64,000 nucleotides of DNA from Schmidtea nova (GCA_044892505.1 CM097882.1:449624001-449688000); one strand, 5' to 3'. Numbered from the stretch's first letter, positions 1 to 14,039 are shown. Numbers and translations: made by a program. Notes: a model not told the origin generated them from the sequence alone.

Positions 1-1156
1 CGATATGAAGCCATCCTCTTCATCGTCTTCATTATTTTCTTTTAAATCTCGCATCACAATAATCACCCAAATTATTTCATCCTATCTATACGCTTTATTT
101 ATTTCATAAAACGGTAGGGTAGGTCTTGTAAGGTGTAACGTGTTAAAAATTAATTCAATTTGCTAAAATGATCAAATCACAAAAAAGGTTTCCCCAAAAA
201 TTCATATTAAAAAAAATATTGGTTTACAGTCTGAAAAGAAAGATAAATCGATTAAAATGGGAAATGGATCAATTGTTAGAAAGATAAAAGTTTCTACAAA
301 TAATAAAAAAACTCTTTAATCATAGAAACGTTTTGTTCCAAAACATATTGAGGTCCACCCATGAAAACTCCTAATTTCACGATCATGCTAGAATGAGAGT
401 TTTGAGTGTGATATGCAGTCCATTGATTAAAATATCAATTCAGAAATATGTAGGAATTTATAAAAATTTGTGAAAGTTTTTATAAAGTTTTTATTGTAAT
501 TTAAAAAATTTTAATTTTGAAAAATATTAAATGAAATTTAAAGAAATGTTTATTTTCATGAAAAGATGAAGAGTTGTTTTAATAATAAGTGAAAGCGAAG
601 GGAATTTAAAAAAGTAATTAATCAAGTCATTTGTAATAAATAAAAATTGTCAAACTAAAAAAATTATGTCTTTTGATTTGCAGAATGAGACTACCGACAG
701 CTTCGTTGCTGCTAACAATGAGCTTGAAATTTTACTTGGAATTTGAAATTTTTCAGATTTCACCATTTTAATTTTAATTATTTTCATTTCGATTTTACGG
801 AAATTTTTCAAAGTAAAATTTTAACTATTTTTCTCATTCATTTTTAAATATTATTTCAAAAATCTGTTCAAGTTGTGGAACTTATTCTATCTATTTCCAA
901 TACTAAAAAGATTGTATTTAAATAAACTTATTTGAGCAGTTTCTTTAATGAAAAAGTTAAGAATCGTATATTAGATCCTTAATTGTATTATAGTTCTTTG
1001 TATAATTTTAAAATAACTTGTTGAATATTTATTTCAATATTAAAACAAAGTTCAACACTATTTTCTGAATTTTGACAATTTGTGGAAATTAAAAACCTCC
1101 AGATTCACCATCAATATAATGAAAACTTTATTATCAATAATTAGTCTGGTATGAAA

Positions 1157-2187
1157 GGGCGGATCCAGAAGTGGTGGTAGGGGCGACCATCCCCTCCACC
1201 CGACCTATCTTTTACACTACATAGTTTCAGTTTGGCAATATTTTACTGTATTACATTTCATTTCTGCTGAATTACTTTAATTACTTACTTTTTTGCAATG
1301 AAAAGAACATTTCGTTTTAATTTTATTTCCCTTTATACTATAGCAATTAAAGAAATAGAATGCATAATATTTCTGTATTTAATGTTTCAATATCAATAAT
1401 GAAATCCGTGTGTGTAGAAAAAGAATCAATTTAATATAAACCGGATAAAAATAACATATACTCGACATTGACATTGATGATAGAATAGTTGTTGAATGAG
1501 TTCCTTGGCTTTCGTAATCTCTAATCTTTGACATCTTAAACCGTTGATTTTGATTTATTGTGCTGGGATTCGGCATTGTTTGAACATTACACGTATAGTG
1601 TTTGGGATTCGATGGTTTTTGGTTGAATTGCTTATTGGTTTCACTGTGCAAATTGTTGAAGTAAATGAGCATTTGCACTTCCAGGCGGAGGACATAATTG
1701 AGATGAGGATGAAAGAATTCCAGTATTCAATGATTAATGATTGACACAATCCAATAGTTTAAAAGTATTAGATTCAGATAGCTTTATTTCACTCGTTATT
1801 TCCGTAGATCTCTGATTCCTAGCCTCATTTGGAATTAAAAACATTTCATTGGATTTCATTTCAGATTTTGATTTTATAATTGTAAATTCTTTTCTTGGAG
1901 CATGTTGGTTATTTTTGAAAGTGAAAAAAGTGCATTTTTTTGCTTATTTAAAACAAAAAAGTTCATTTAATATAATATTACATTAATAATTTAATTATTA
2001 AATTAATTTCATAATTAAATAGAAAAGTCTGAGACACAATAGTGTGTAATTTCAAAACTCAGAATTTTGTTAGAAATTAACATCCAATACAGATTAGTAG
2101 CACTTTCATAAATTTTTAAAAAATATATTAAATATAAATACATGTTTTAATCGCTCCTAATTAGAAAACTTTCTAGATCCGCCCATG
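1157..2187. mobile_element. Non-autonomous hAT-like MITE
   Basis: Inverted ends GGGCGGATCCAGAAG (1157) / CTTTCTAGATCCGCCCATG (to 2187); direct repeat CTGGTATG(AAA) at 1146 and 2188 flanks it; no transposase ORF. Confidence 0.5.
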
Positions 2188-3270
2188 CTGGTATGAAAGT
2201 AAGATATTTGACATTTAGACCAGTATCATTAAAAAGAAATTTACAGATTTAATAAAATCGACTTTAACATTACGAACATTTGAAATAACAATATATGTAT
2301 ATATAATGTCACTGTCTGTGTGTCCATCCCACCCTATCTAAATTTTAACTTTAGTTTAACAACTATACTACTTTTAAAAGTAAGTAGTATAATATTGTTA
2401 GGCTGTTTAACGGACTTTCCGAAATCGGAGTTTTCTGGCAAACGTATCGATGAATCCAAATAACGAGTTATCCGAAGAGTACTGAATAATGGAATATATA
2501 ATCGTCTTTTCAACATTTAAGAGCCACAGGTGACTCATTGTATAAAAAATAACTTATGTCGTCACAAAAATGTTGAAAAAATAAATTCGATATTCTCATA
2601 AAAAGAAGTGATCCGTTTCAAGATATTCCTAAATAAGACCTACATCGAAATGAAATTATTATATTGAAAATCTTCTCGTCTTTTTACTTGATAAATAATT
2701 AACAAAAATGTATTATACATTTTTATTGTTATTACAATTATGAACATCCATTTTTTGTATTATTACATAATAAGGTTTGATAAAAATTTGTAAATTATTA
2801 TTATTTTTTTTTAATTATTCGAAAATAATTTGAACAGTTTTAAATTTTTTGGAATAGGTCTTGGCTGTATATTTGAAAATAAAATAAATCTTTAATTTGA
2901 AATTATATTTTTGATTTATGTGCGGAAAAGATTGTCTATCCGAGCTATGACTTGTTGGGTAGCGATGAGGAGTTTGATGAGAGTTTTCAAAGGTCTCCTG
3001 ATGGCTAGCAATATACTGTTTAACTTTTTGGAATTGTAATTAATTCTATAAACAGTCCAAAGCCACTCACGAAATTAATAATTTTTTAAAGTTTTTTATT
3101 ATTATTTTATTATAAATTTATTATAAGTTCTAAGGTGCCAAGGTGCCCCTTTAGTCAGTTTTTCACTTTTGGCAGTTTCATTTTTAGTATTAAATAATTG
3201 GAAAAAAATAAATGTTTTTTAAAGTTGTTAACTTTTAACTTAGAATTTTATTCAACTTATTATGATTGGC

Positions 3271-3420
3271 CTAAAGAATTTCATTGTACACAATGTTTCG
3301 TGTGAATACACGATCGTCACCTAACAAATGTCCATCTTTAATCTTGATTTTGACAATTTTTGCGTTTCTTGATCTTAATCTTGATCCTGTATATCCAAGA
3401 TCAATATGGTCATAAACTCT
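3271..3420 (-). pseudogene. Helitron RepHel extreme C-terminus fragment
   Basis: Translation ...SRLRSRNAKIVKIKI...FTRNIVYNEIL* resembles the conserved Helitron helicase end (SRVRS...TxNIVYxEVL). Confidence 0.5.
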
Positions 3421-4173
3421 CTTCAAAAAATCCCCAAAAAGAAAATATGTGGAAAACATTGAATAAAAAAAAGTAATCGTAGTAAACTTTGAGCGTTCCG
3501 AAATCACNNNNNNNNNNNNNNNNNNNNNNNNNNNNNNNNNNNNNNNNNNNNNNNNNNNNNNNNNNNNNNNNNNNNNNNNNNNNNNNNNNNNNNNNNNNNN
3601 NNNNNNNNNNNNNNNNNNNNNNNNNNNNNNNNNNNNNNNNNNNNNNNNNNNNNNNNNNNNNNNNNNNNNNNNNATTTTTACCGAAATCTACTACTGATAA
3701 TTATCAGTAGAAAAATTTGATAAATATTAATAAAAGAATTATTAATATCTTATAAAAATTTAAAAAGTGCTATTGTCATTTGAATGGGTTTTTAAAGCTA
3801 GTATACATTAATTTTTTTAATTGTATCATCGTTAAACTAAATTGCTAATAATTTAAATGAATACTTTTGATTAGTGGCTTTAAATCTTTTTATAGTCACT
3901 GCCCTTCTAATAACCCTAAATTTTATATGGCTCTTATTATTTTTATTTTTCATCAAAATAAATTTTTAAATAAATAAATTTATTTATTAAATAAACACAA
4001 AACAAATATTGATAGCATTCACAAAGATGTAAAAAAATTTTAAATAGAAATTTTTATAAAATTATTTGAGATTCTTCAAAGAATATTTCTCGCTATAATT
4101 TTAGGTGCAGTTAACCTTGAAATTTTTGTTAAACTTTGTAGGATATTTATATAATTATTTTTTTTTCTCACAG

Positions 4174-4206
4174 AATTTGGTGAATTTCCGCTGATTTTCC
4201 GCCTTG
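4174..4206 (+). CDS. Possible upstream micro-exon of the neurexin-like gene
   Basis: 33 nt between polypyrimidine-CAG and GTTAAG; phase 1/1 joins the 4363 exon in frame (xFGEFPLIFRL-DSQRF). Confidence 0.35.
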
Positions 4207-4362
4207 GTTAAGAATAATTGCTTTAGTTGACTTCTAAATTTTATTATTATTTCAAAAATAAATTCCTTGGGTCAAATCTTTGCAAATCTGTCATCATATA
4301 ATAAACGGATAAAATAAATAAGCTCTTCTTAAAGTCTGAATTTAGTCATTTTTTTAATTTAG

Positions 4363-4604
4363 ATTCTCAGAGATTCAAGTGCAATACTAAGTCATATTTG
4401 CTTTATACTTTTGACAAAGAGAAAACAACTCACTACGATGATATTTCAATAGATTTCCACACGACAAGCATGAAAGAGCCTCTATTTTTAATGAAATCTG
4501 AAACGGGAGATGTAATAAGTACATTTCTATCAGCCGAAGTAATGGCGGGTCAAGTGATAATCATCATTAAGTTATACGAATCAAACAATGAGCGTTATAA
4601 ATCT
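4363..4604 (+). CDS. Neurexin-like protein exon, first visible laminin G domain (N-part)
   Basis: TTTAG acceptor, GTATGT donor; DSQRFKCNTKSYLLYTFD...DISIDFHTT...GDVISTFL; 53-nt intron follows. Confidence 0.75.
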
Positions 4605-4657
4605 GTATGTTGGATTAAAAAATGTATTATGAATGAAATTATTTATTTTTATTTTAG

Positions 4658-4772
4658 TCGTTTTTCTCAAAGAATACCAATCTAAATGATGGCCAGTGGC
4701 ACACTTTAAAATTAAGTCGATTCGCTTATAACGTCGAGTTTTACGTGGACGACCCAGAAACTAAATCTAGAG
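4658..4772 (+). CDS. Neurexin-like protein exon, LamG (NDGQWH motif)
   Basis: SFFSKNTNLNDGQWHTLKLSRFAYNVEFYVDD; phase 0 start, phase 1 end, matching neighbours. Confidence 0.8.
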
Positions 4773-6197
4773 GTTCATTTGATGATTAGTTTCATAACAT
4801 AAACTTGTTTTAGCTATTTTTTTTATTTTAGACTGTTAATTTACCCAAAAATATTAAATTCAACATAAAATTTTCACAAGGATTATTTATGCTTGAAAAG
4901 GCAGTGTCTAAGATTTATGTTGGAAAAAAAATATGTTTTTGAAATTATTCTTTTTCACTATTTTTTTCCTGATTGTAGTTATTTTAATTCTATTATATTT
5001 AATTTTTTCTCTTTTCAGAAATTTATTTTCACATTTTACTTATTTTATGTTAGAAATTTTCTTCATTTTCTTCCTTTCAGATTAGTTTAAAATGTTTTCA
5101 ATTTAACACAAATTTTCTGCAGAACCGGCTCAGAGATCGGGACTTCGGGGATTTTCATATTCTAACAATTATTAGCAGCTAAGCAAATTTTTGACACCAA
5201 ATGCAACGTTTTCTACAAGTCGGATGTTAACGCAGGTCGATAATCCGTAAAATCTTGACTATAATACGCACTTTTTTTTCACATTTTACTCAGCAAAAAA
5301 AATGGTGCCTATTATACTCGTTTACAAAAAAGTAATTTTAAACATTGAACAATTGAATTCCACTATTTCATTAAATGAATTGATAAAATTATGTTCATGT
5401 ATCATTTCTTCTTTTTTGGGAAGGGAAACCGGCATATAATATTTTCCCAAGGCCCCGCAAAACCCACAGCAGGCCCTGATTTTCTGCACTACTCTTTTCA
5501 ATTGCAATTTAATACATAACGCTTGAAAAGGCAGTGTCGAAAATTTGGGTTAAATTATAAACATTTGGATGTATAGTCTGAAAGAAAGAGAATAAACAAA
5601 ATCGTAAATAAAAAGATCAAAGGCGAAAATGATAAAAGATTCTAATTATTTTTATTAAAAACTACTATAATTATTCGAATTTTTGCAAGACTTGTTTTTG
5701 ATTAGTTTTATTCTTATTTGCTTTTTATTAAAAATGATGGTTGTCGCAATTTTGATCTAGTGGCATCAACTATTTTCAAAATTCAAAACCAGTTAACAAA
5801 ATATTTATATCAAAATGATTTCAAGATTTAACAATGTTTAACCGATTTATTACTGTTATATTTAATGGATATTTTCTATAAATAATACAAAATGCTTTCC
5901 CCTTAGTACTCGTATCTATTACAGTGATCATGTCAACTTTCAGGCAGTTTATGCTAATGAATAATAATTTCTGTCCTACAAAGTAAAAACGCCAAATCCA
6001 CGCTTTATGTTAATCGGATAAAACTTGTAAAAGCTATTTATGATTGCAGAAATATTTTTGGATGGCATTGAAACAAACGCGTTTCTTGATTTATCTCAGT
6101 TTAACATAATGCGTAGATAGGAATTTCTTACTTTGTATGGCTGTATTGTGCCGTGTTAATGGCCATTGAGCATCGTTTAATTTGAGTAACATATTAA

Positions 6198-6429
6198 CCC
6201 TTTCCTATCCTGTGTCTATAAAAATATGACAAAAAAAATTAACCATTCTATCATCTGTCTGTAAAAAATGACATTATTTTTGAATAGTTTATTTCCAATG
6301 CACTGTCGATTATATTATGACCAACTGTTTATAGAGCGATTATGACATTGCACAATTTTTGAACTTTTTTTGAAATTTTATTAGGATTGGAACGGGCGAG
6401 ACACATAAAATAAAGAAGATAGGAAAGGG
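6198..6429. mobile_element. piggyBac-type MITE
   Basis: TTAA-CCCTTTCCTATC ... GATAGGAAAGGG-TTAA: CCC/GGG termini with TTAA target duplication. Confidence 0.75.
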
Positions 6430-6506
6430 TTAATCAAAGAACTAAAATTTAGTTTATATATCAAAAGTTTTTTCTGTCACTTTAATTATTTTTTTCTTTA
6501 TTTTAG

Positions 6507-6862
6507 GAGAACTCTATCAAACCTCACTTGAAGAAAAGTTTTACAACCGCGTCAAAGAAATATTACTCGGATCAACTACGAAACCACCTGGTATTGATAA
6601 ATGCACTGGAAAAATAAAGAATTTTTTTTGGAATGAGGATGATTTGCTTGGAAGAAAGAATAAATATGGATATTACTCTAGTCAGTTGGTTACGGAAAAA
6701 CCTACTTTACCTGTTCTTCCTCCGTTCCCACGCCAGCCTCCCATGCCTTGCACTCTTAAACCTAATCATGTTTATACTGTTTTGAACAATATACCATTAA
6801 CAAATGAAGGCATAATTCTATTCATAGAATTCAAGACAAAATATGATGGAATAATTTGGCAT
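6507..6862 (+). CDS. Neurexin-like protein exon: end of LamG, Pro-rich linker, start of next LamG
   Basis: TTTTAG acceptor, GTAAGT donor; GELYQTSLEEK...PVLPPFPRQPPMPC...IEFKTKYDGIIWH. Confidence 0.8.
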
Positions 6863-7019
6863 GTAAGTTTGCATTCAAAGATTTTAAGTAAAATTATCAA
6901 AGAAAAATTGTAAAAAAAATAAAATATTTTAATAAGAAATATAAGTTGCCTTTCATTAATTATCCCATCAAAAATTAATTTTATCTACTAAATCAGCTTT
7001 AAATTGAGATAATAAAAAA

Positions 7020-7025
7020 GTTGAT
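7020..7025. repeat. Left 6-bp target-site duplication (GTTGAT) of the Polinton-like element
   Basis: Identical to 21165-21170, directly abutting the inverted termini. Confidence 0.9.
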
Positions 7026-7069
7026 AGTAAGGGATAGTAAGCGCACAGCCCCACTTTTTTCAACTAGCA

Positions 7070-7658
7070 ACGGTTGCTAGGGTAAATACACACATCAAGA
7101 TATTCCTCAATTCAGGTGTTGTCAGGGTGAACGTGCACACACATCAATATATATTCCCCGATGAACCTGTTGTTAGGGTAAACACACACACATCAATATA
7201 TATTCCCCGATGAACCTGTTGTTAGGGTAAACACACACACATCAAAATATTCCTCGAGACAGGTATTGCTAAGGTAAGCACACACATTACTATATAATTA
7301 CCGGGGAGATGTTGCTAAGGTAAATACACACATCAAGATATTCCTAAATACAGGTGTTGCTAGGGTAAACACACATCAATATATATTCCCCGAGGATCCT
7401 GTTGCCAGGGTTAACACACACATCAATATATTCCTCGAGGCAGTTATTGCTAAGGTAAGCACACATATTAATATATAATTACCGGGAAGATATTGCTAGG
7501 GTAAATACGCACATTAAAGTGTAATGCATTGGAATCTGTTGCTAAGATAAACACGCGCGTATAAGGAGTCCCCAAGGAACCTGTAGTTAAGGTAAACACA
7601 CACACATCATTATATATTCACTGAGGAACCTGTTTCCAGGGTAAACACACACACACAT

Positions 7659-7711
<53 letters not shown>

Positions 7712-7930
7712 TATAGCCAGATGTTGCTAAAGTTAACACATACACATCAATATATAGTCCTGGGGAAGATATAGTTAAGGTAAACACACAGATCAATATA
7801 TAGTCCCGGGGTAAATACACACATTAAAGTATAGTCTCCCTGTAACTATTGCTAAGGTAACCACACATGTTAATATTTAAGTCCTGAAGTACCTATTGCT
7901 AAGATAAACACACCATTGTGTAACCCCCAT
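7070..7930 (+). repeat. Subterminal tandem array, ~18 degenerate units of ~45-49 bp (left)
   Basis: Consensus approx. TGTTGCTAGGGTAAACACACACATCAATATATATTCCCCGAGGAACC; near-exact 49-bp pair at 7142/7191; (AT)24 embedded at 7661-7708. Confidence 0.9.
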
Positions 7931-8434
7931 GACTACTGTTGGTAACGTTAAAATACACAACATATTAATTATTATCTGTACCACAAACGAAAACATGTTC
8001 TTTACTTAATTAAATGAAATTTTTGTTTGAATGTACTGGCTAACATTTTGAGTAATTGTTTTTTAACTGATAACTTTAGAAAATCGAGCGTGAGAACTAT
8101 GAAAACAGATGGAATTAATTCGAGAATTGTGACAATAGTCAAAATTTTAAAGACGATTCAACAGAGTGCAACTGCAAGAACAGATGAAATTTATTAATAT
8201 TTGTAAACAAAAACAATTATTTTTACAATAAATAAAAACGAATTACACAAATCCTTAAAATATTACACTAATCAGGTGAAAACCCTGAACGATAAAACCA
8301 ATTCAAATCTGGACAACACATAAAATTTTTAAAAACAATTAAACATAACAGTCTAAAGAAATATAAAACTAAATATAATGAAACCAATTATTTTTTTAAC
8401 AAAGTTTTATTCAATACAAATCTGAATTGGATAT

Positions 8435-11400
8435 TTAATTTGAATTGAGAGCTGGATCTGAAACTGGAACACCAACCTGATCTTTTGATTGGTCTTTAAA
8501 CGAGCCACATCCCTTATAATGTCCGTATGCAAGACTTTCATTTTTATCAACCCAAAGTCTTTTATCATCAAGATTAGTCAAGGCAATTTTTGAAAACTTA
8601 TTAGTAAAAATTTGATGATTTTTACTCACAAATCGAGACTGCTCTACTGAAACTATAGTATTATTTCTATAACAATCAAGATAAGACCGATGCTTCAGTT
8701 TAGTTTCTTTCAAACAGACACCTTTAGCCTTTAAACATTCCTTATCACCTAAAAGACTATAACATTTAGGTCTAAGAAAAACCCATTCCTTATATTTATG
8801 ACCCTTATTTTCGTCTTTAAACTTTCCTATAACCGAATCAAGTTTTTTCGAATATAAAGAATGACTAGGGTCGTAATTCGATGTATCCAAAAGACAATCT
8901 CTTATCATTGCCGGTAAAAGAATATCTAACCTACAATTTCTAATCTCCAAGAAGAAAGAATCGGTGTCACCAGCAACGATGTTAATTTCGCAATTGAATT
9001 CATTACGATATTTTTGTAACTCTTCATACTGCAGCTGGTACATCCTAAGTTTAGATAAATCCAGTACAGTTTGACCAATGTAGCTGGGTCTATCTAAACA
9101 CACAGAGTCTTTATTAAGCAAGACAGAAATTAGGTCATCGTCAATTCTATAAGTTTTTCTAAAGGTAGGTTTTGAAGTATATGTAATCAGTTTTGATGCT
9201 GAATTACATAGTCGTAAATTAAGTCGTTTTTTAAGATTTTCAACCGTTTTCCAATAAAGACTATTATTCAAAAGTTTGTAATAGTTTTTATCTAAAGCTG
9301 TAGAAGATGCTGCCCTAAGTTCAGTGTTTGTATCTATATATTTTTTAAAAATGGGTTTCTGATTGTACTGAACAGCCCGATGAACTCGTGTTATTTTAAC
9401 ACCCAAAGAAACAAAAAGCTTGAGAAGCCTCCAATGAACAACATAGTTGAACTTTGGATAATGTGTCAACATTAACTTCTCAACTTTTGAACCCGGAGCA
9501 CACATTTTCTCTGCTGCAACCGGAAAATCATTTAATTTATCGTGAATTTCTGAAGGGATTTCAAGATTCACTTCAAAAGTCACGCCATAAGTCAAAATAG
9601 CCAAATCAGTATCCATTAATTTAATTTATTTATTTAATTTATTTTGATCTGTGATCCAACTAAATTCACCGTAAGGTAAGTTTTGACTTAAAGCCCACCC
9701 GTATAAATTATTTATGTCAATATATAAAAGTTCAGTCGTTTCGGAGGATACTACATGATGCTTGTTGACAAATGTCAAACCACCACGGATCCCCCCTTCG
9801 AAAAAATTATAAATCTCCATATCCTGGAGCAATTCAATAGGTTCATCCAAGGTAATAAGCGCAGAAGCCCACGACATACCTGGAATACCCAAGAAATTCA
9901 AAGGCTCAAGTCTATTGTGAGCTATAGATTTAGCCCTAAACTGTTGAAAGAAATCAGCAAGAAGAAAAACATCCAGTTTAAGGTAGACCATCATATAGTC
10001 ACAAAGAGTTTGACACTGGGTTTCCCTCCAAATAACTAATGCCTTGTCGTATTCAGCCTGCTTAACACCTTTCCAGATTGGTGGCAACTCATAAGTGTTG
10101 TTAAGAATTTCTAAAGATGTTGCAAAATCATAAGGAAAAATACCCTTACAGTCAACAATAGTCCCGGTGAATTCAGATCTAGTCAAAGGCAAACAAGTAA
10201 GAGTCTTAACAGCGTCATTTAAGCTAGAATTTACAAACTGACAAGAATCGATGAATTTAATGGTTAAATCACTGACCCTTGCTGATAAAGTTAAGAATTT
10301 TTCACTGGTTGTAGGAATACAAGAAATTTTCCAAGTTTTGAAATTAGCCAAACCATATTTAAGAATATGATGCAAGTCATAACCCTTTAAATTATGAAAA
10401 ATAACGGGTAAAAACTTGTATAACCGACGGGATTGATTACAAGAATTACATGCTGCACCCAAATATTCACCAGTGTAGTGATCATGGTCTCTGACTGGTT
10501 GTACTAAAGTTTTCTTACAAAGATAACAAATAGTAGCAGAATCAAAAGATTGTTGATTAGCCGATGTCATAAAAAGAGGTTTCTTGTAATTAGTTCTATA
10601 AAAGGGATAAACAATAGTTTCAGAAATATCACTGATTTCAGTAAGAAAATTAGTAACGCAATCAAGACCTAAGAAACTCTTGTAAATCTTTTCTCCAGTG
10701 AAATTATTTACAAGTAAAAGACCGGCAGATATCGGGACATGTCGTTGAAAATATTTATCATCAGTAGGTAAGATTACTTCAAAATCGGCGTAAACAACAA
10801 AAGGTGGGGTAATTGTTTTGCCCCAATTACTAAATTGTAAATTTTTATTTCTAGGCAGAGTATAAAGAGTTGTGCCTAATTGATTTTTAGCACACAACTG
10901 TTGATGACAATCAAATGCTTCCTGTTTTCGAAATCCATTCAAGCATCGATGACACCATATACTTTGTACGCGAGCAACAGAAAGAGATTTATTGTCGTAA
11001 TTTAAAAGCCTATTAATATCGGTAACTGCAATATAATGATATGCATCACCACTTTCCAACAAAATCAAGTTAATAGGAGTACCACCGACAACTTTTGACC
11101 TATGAATTATATCGACACAAGGGTGTTTAAAAACTTCAGGATTTGCCAAAGTATCAAGAAGAGCATCCTCATCATAAGAAAGAACGGTAATTGCAAGTCC
11201 AGGGTTTATAGCCTCAAATTTCGGAATATTACAAAGTCTCATGGGCATTTCTGAAGGGTCAAAGTCAAGATCAGAAATATTATAATTATTTGCTCTATTT
11301 CTATTATTACGATCAGTTACCTTATCATATTTCAAAATAGCTAAAATACTATAAATGAAACATAAATCATCGGAATTAATTACATTTACTGTACAATGTT

Positions 11401-12219
11401 TCGCAACTAAAGATTGAGGGGTATTTATATGACCTCTACCACTCAATCGACTAATTTGGGCAAATTTAGTTAATACAAAATGAATTTCATTAACTTTGTT
11501 AATAACCCAATTACTCCCTTTATCGTTAATTAATGCTATTTTTTCATTTAAAAGAGTGATACCTTCATCAAAAAAGTTATCACTCATGGGTCTCGCAGAA
11601 TTTGAAATGATAAATGATTGAAATTCACCATCTTTTTCAAACTCTACATCAATACAAAATTGTATTTTCACTGAACCCATCTCATTAATAACATTATTTA
11701 GTTTATTAATTAAAATATCAGGTAAAATTAAAGTTTTCAAAACCAAGTGAGAAACATCCATTTTTACAACAGCGTGAGATTTTCTCAAATCAAATTTAAC
11801 GTTAGGAAGAAGGGACCCACCATATTGAACATCTATGGTGTTAATGTCATTATTAAAACTTGTGTCAGAGTCGGAAAGAATTTTCATATCGGACATTACC
11901 TCGTCAACTATATTACTTAATTTTCTAACTTTTGTAGGTAGTGGATTATCGATAAGGATTTTTCTTTTATTATTAATAACATTGATATCACTATTATCTA
12001 TTGTTAAATTAAAAATGGATTTTTTCGAAGATCTAAATTTCCTTAAATGATCCTTATGGTCATCATAAAAGTTCAAAAAAGTAGAATTTTGGGTGGTCTT
12101 ACATACGGGACATATAAAAAACGTGACTCCTTTATACGAATATCGGTAATATTTTACCATTATTTCAATACATTTATTGTCATGAATTGATGATCGGCAA
12201 AAATTCGGAAAAAGTTTAC
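8435..12219 (-). pseudogene. Protein-primed DNA polymerase B (Polinton type), main exon, left copy; in-frame TTA>TAA stop at 9626-9628
   Basis: ExoI YADFE, ExoII FHNLKGYD, ExoIII YLKLDVFLL, motif A YIDINNLYGWA, motif B KLLNNSLYWK, motif C GDTDS, endonuclease VII-like insert (CYLC..VRDHDHYTGEYLGAACNSCN); ORFs 9626-12160 and 8435-9616 are the same frame. Confidence 0.92.
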
Positions 12220-13017
12220 CTTAAATATAAAAAATAATTAAAAATATGAAAAATAAATGCCAAGTATTTTAATATTAAAATGTCATTATACAATAATTAA
12301 TATAAATTAATTAATAATTACAATAATAAAAATTTAATTAAATAATTTAAATATTATGAAAAATAATATTAATTAATTTTAATTATTATATTCTTAACTA
12401 GAATTGTTTTAATAATAAGTTTTACTCAAAGATGTGAAATTTAAATTATTTACAAGTAATTTAAAAATATTAATTAATTATAATAATTTTCATATAGAAC
12501 ACATTATTTACTATGATAGAAAATTATTTATTAATAATTAATTTACAAAAACTTTAATTACTAAAACATTATTAAAAAAAAAATAAATAAATAAATAAAT
12601 AAAACAATAAGTAATAATAATCAATATTCAAATTAATTTTATATTCAAATTAATTAATTTATTATTATAAAAAATTAGAATAATTATAATTAAAACTAGA
12701 ATTGTTTTAATAATTAGTTATAAAATAAAAATTCAAATTCAAAAATTGTAAATAATTTTCAAAAATTAGTAAACACTACAAAACTAATTAAAAAATAATT
12801 ATTAATTTAAATAATATAGTTAATTATTTTAAGTTCTCATTAGTATTTATTAACTTATCAATGATAAATATTACAAATCTCTTTGAATAATAATTAAAGA
12901 TTATCCGTTAAATTACAAAATTGATAAAGAAAACTAATTATTAAATAATTTAAAATAATTTTTATGTACAAAGGTAATTAATTATAAATTGCAATCATTA
13001 AATAAATCGATACTTAC

Positions 13018-13183
13018 AGTTATTTTCTTTTCTCTTTTCATCGTTAAGTTTATTTTTCATTAAACTATCCATTGTTTCAGATGCTTCAACATTGTTACCA
13101 ATAACGTTGTTCATATTGTTGTCGACATCGTTGTTGTAATCATTGATCATGGTAATATCCATATTATTGTTGGTATTGTTCAT
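13018..13183 (-). CDS. pPolB first coding exon (Asn-rich), left copy
   Basis: ATG at 13183; GTAAGT donor at 13017, AG acceptor at 12221-12220; phase-1 join opens into the pPolB frame. Confidence 0.7.
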
Positions 13184-13282
13184 TTTATCTAAAATAAGTT
13201 GATTATTTAAAAACTTTAAAACAAAAATAACTTACCAAATTTAGGTTGCAGTAAAAAGTGATTCTTAAATGAAAAACTATTG

Positions 13283-13315
13283 TTTATATACTAAATTCAA
13301 AAATTTTTAACCAAT
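13283..13315 (-). promoter_or_regulatory. Putative Pol II promoter of left pPolB (inverted CCAAT + TATATAAA)
   Basis: Mirror of 14862-14894. Confidence 0.45.
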
Positions 13316-14039
13316 CAAATTCGAGGAAACATACACACACGTTTGTAAATACCACAGTGTAATTTATGTTTACAATTAAATTTTGTAAAATTATTGAACA
13401 CGTAATTTATTGTTATAAATATATGTCATCAATTAATGTTAAATATAAATTATTATTAAAATACAATTTAATAAATTAAGATTAATTTTAAAGTTAAATT
13501 ACACTAATAAATTATAAAAATTATTACAAGTAATTAAAATTAATTATTAGATAAATTGTAAATTAATTGAAATAAAAATTAATTAATTAAAATAAAAATT
13601 AATTAATTAAAAGAAAACTAATTATTCGCAAAGTTATTAGTTTTTACATAATGATTTTTGTAGAGAATTAGAATATAAATTGTTACAATGAAAACATAAT
13701 TAAAGTATCAATCAGCAAATAAAATCAATTATTTACAACAAAACCCATATGTAACACGATAATTTTTAAATTTCTAATCAAACAATTTAGTGGAAAATTT
13801 ATACATATAATGAAAACTCTAAAAAATTATTTTAAAATTACAAAAATAACAATAAAAAATGTGTGCAACAAGAAAAATAACTAATTTTATATTTTAATTT
13901 AAGCCATTTTATAGGAAATTAAATTCTACATATACACTGTTAATGTGAAAACTCATTATCTTTATTACAACATTAAAGAAAACCAATTAATAACAACAAA
14001 ACATGTGTGCAGCGCGCAAAACACAACATTTTTAATTTT

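Larger units (their letters stand above)
7026..14039 (-). repeat. Left arm of giant inverted repeat
   Basis: Reverse complement of 14138-21164 with scattered SNPs and a shorter microsatellite ((AT)24 vs (AT)31). Confidence 0.95.

Noticed and set aside
685-770. MRLPTASLLLTMSLKFY... as the signal-peptide exon of the host gene
   Set aside because: No convincing phase-compatible GT donor; cannot be supported.
7170-7230. TTAGGG within array units as telomeric repeat
   Set aside because: Single hexamers in only a few units, never tandem; part of the larger unit motif.
7070-7930. Regular ~47-bp repeat array as a CRISPR array
   Set aside because: Units are contiguous and degenerate with no unique spacers, there are no cas genes, the context is eukaryotic, and the array is mirrored in the other arm.
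9755-12050. ORFs 9755-10039 and 11835-12050 (and mirrors 16125-16340, 18137-18421) as extra Polinton genes
   Set aside because: Antisense shadows of pPolB with no recognisable motifs.
12998-13183. 61-aa Asn-rich ORF (and mirror 14994-15179) as a stand-alone gene
   Set aside because: Better explained as pPolB exon 1; its last five codons are intron read-through after GTAAGT.
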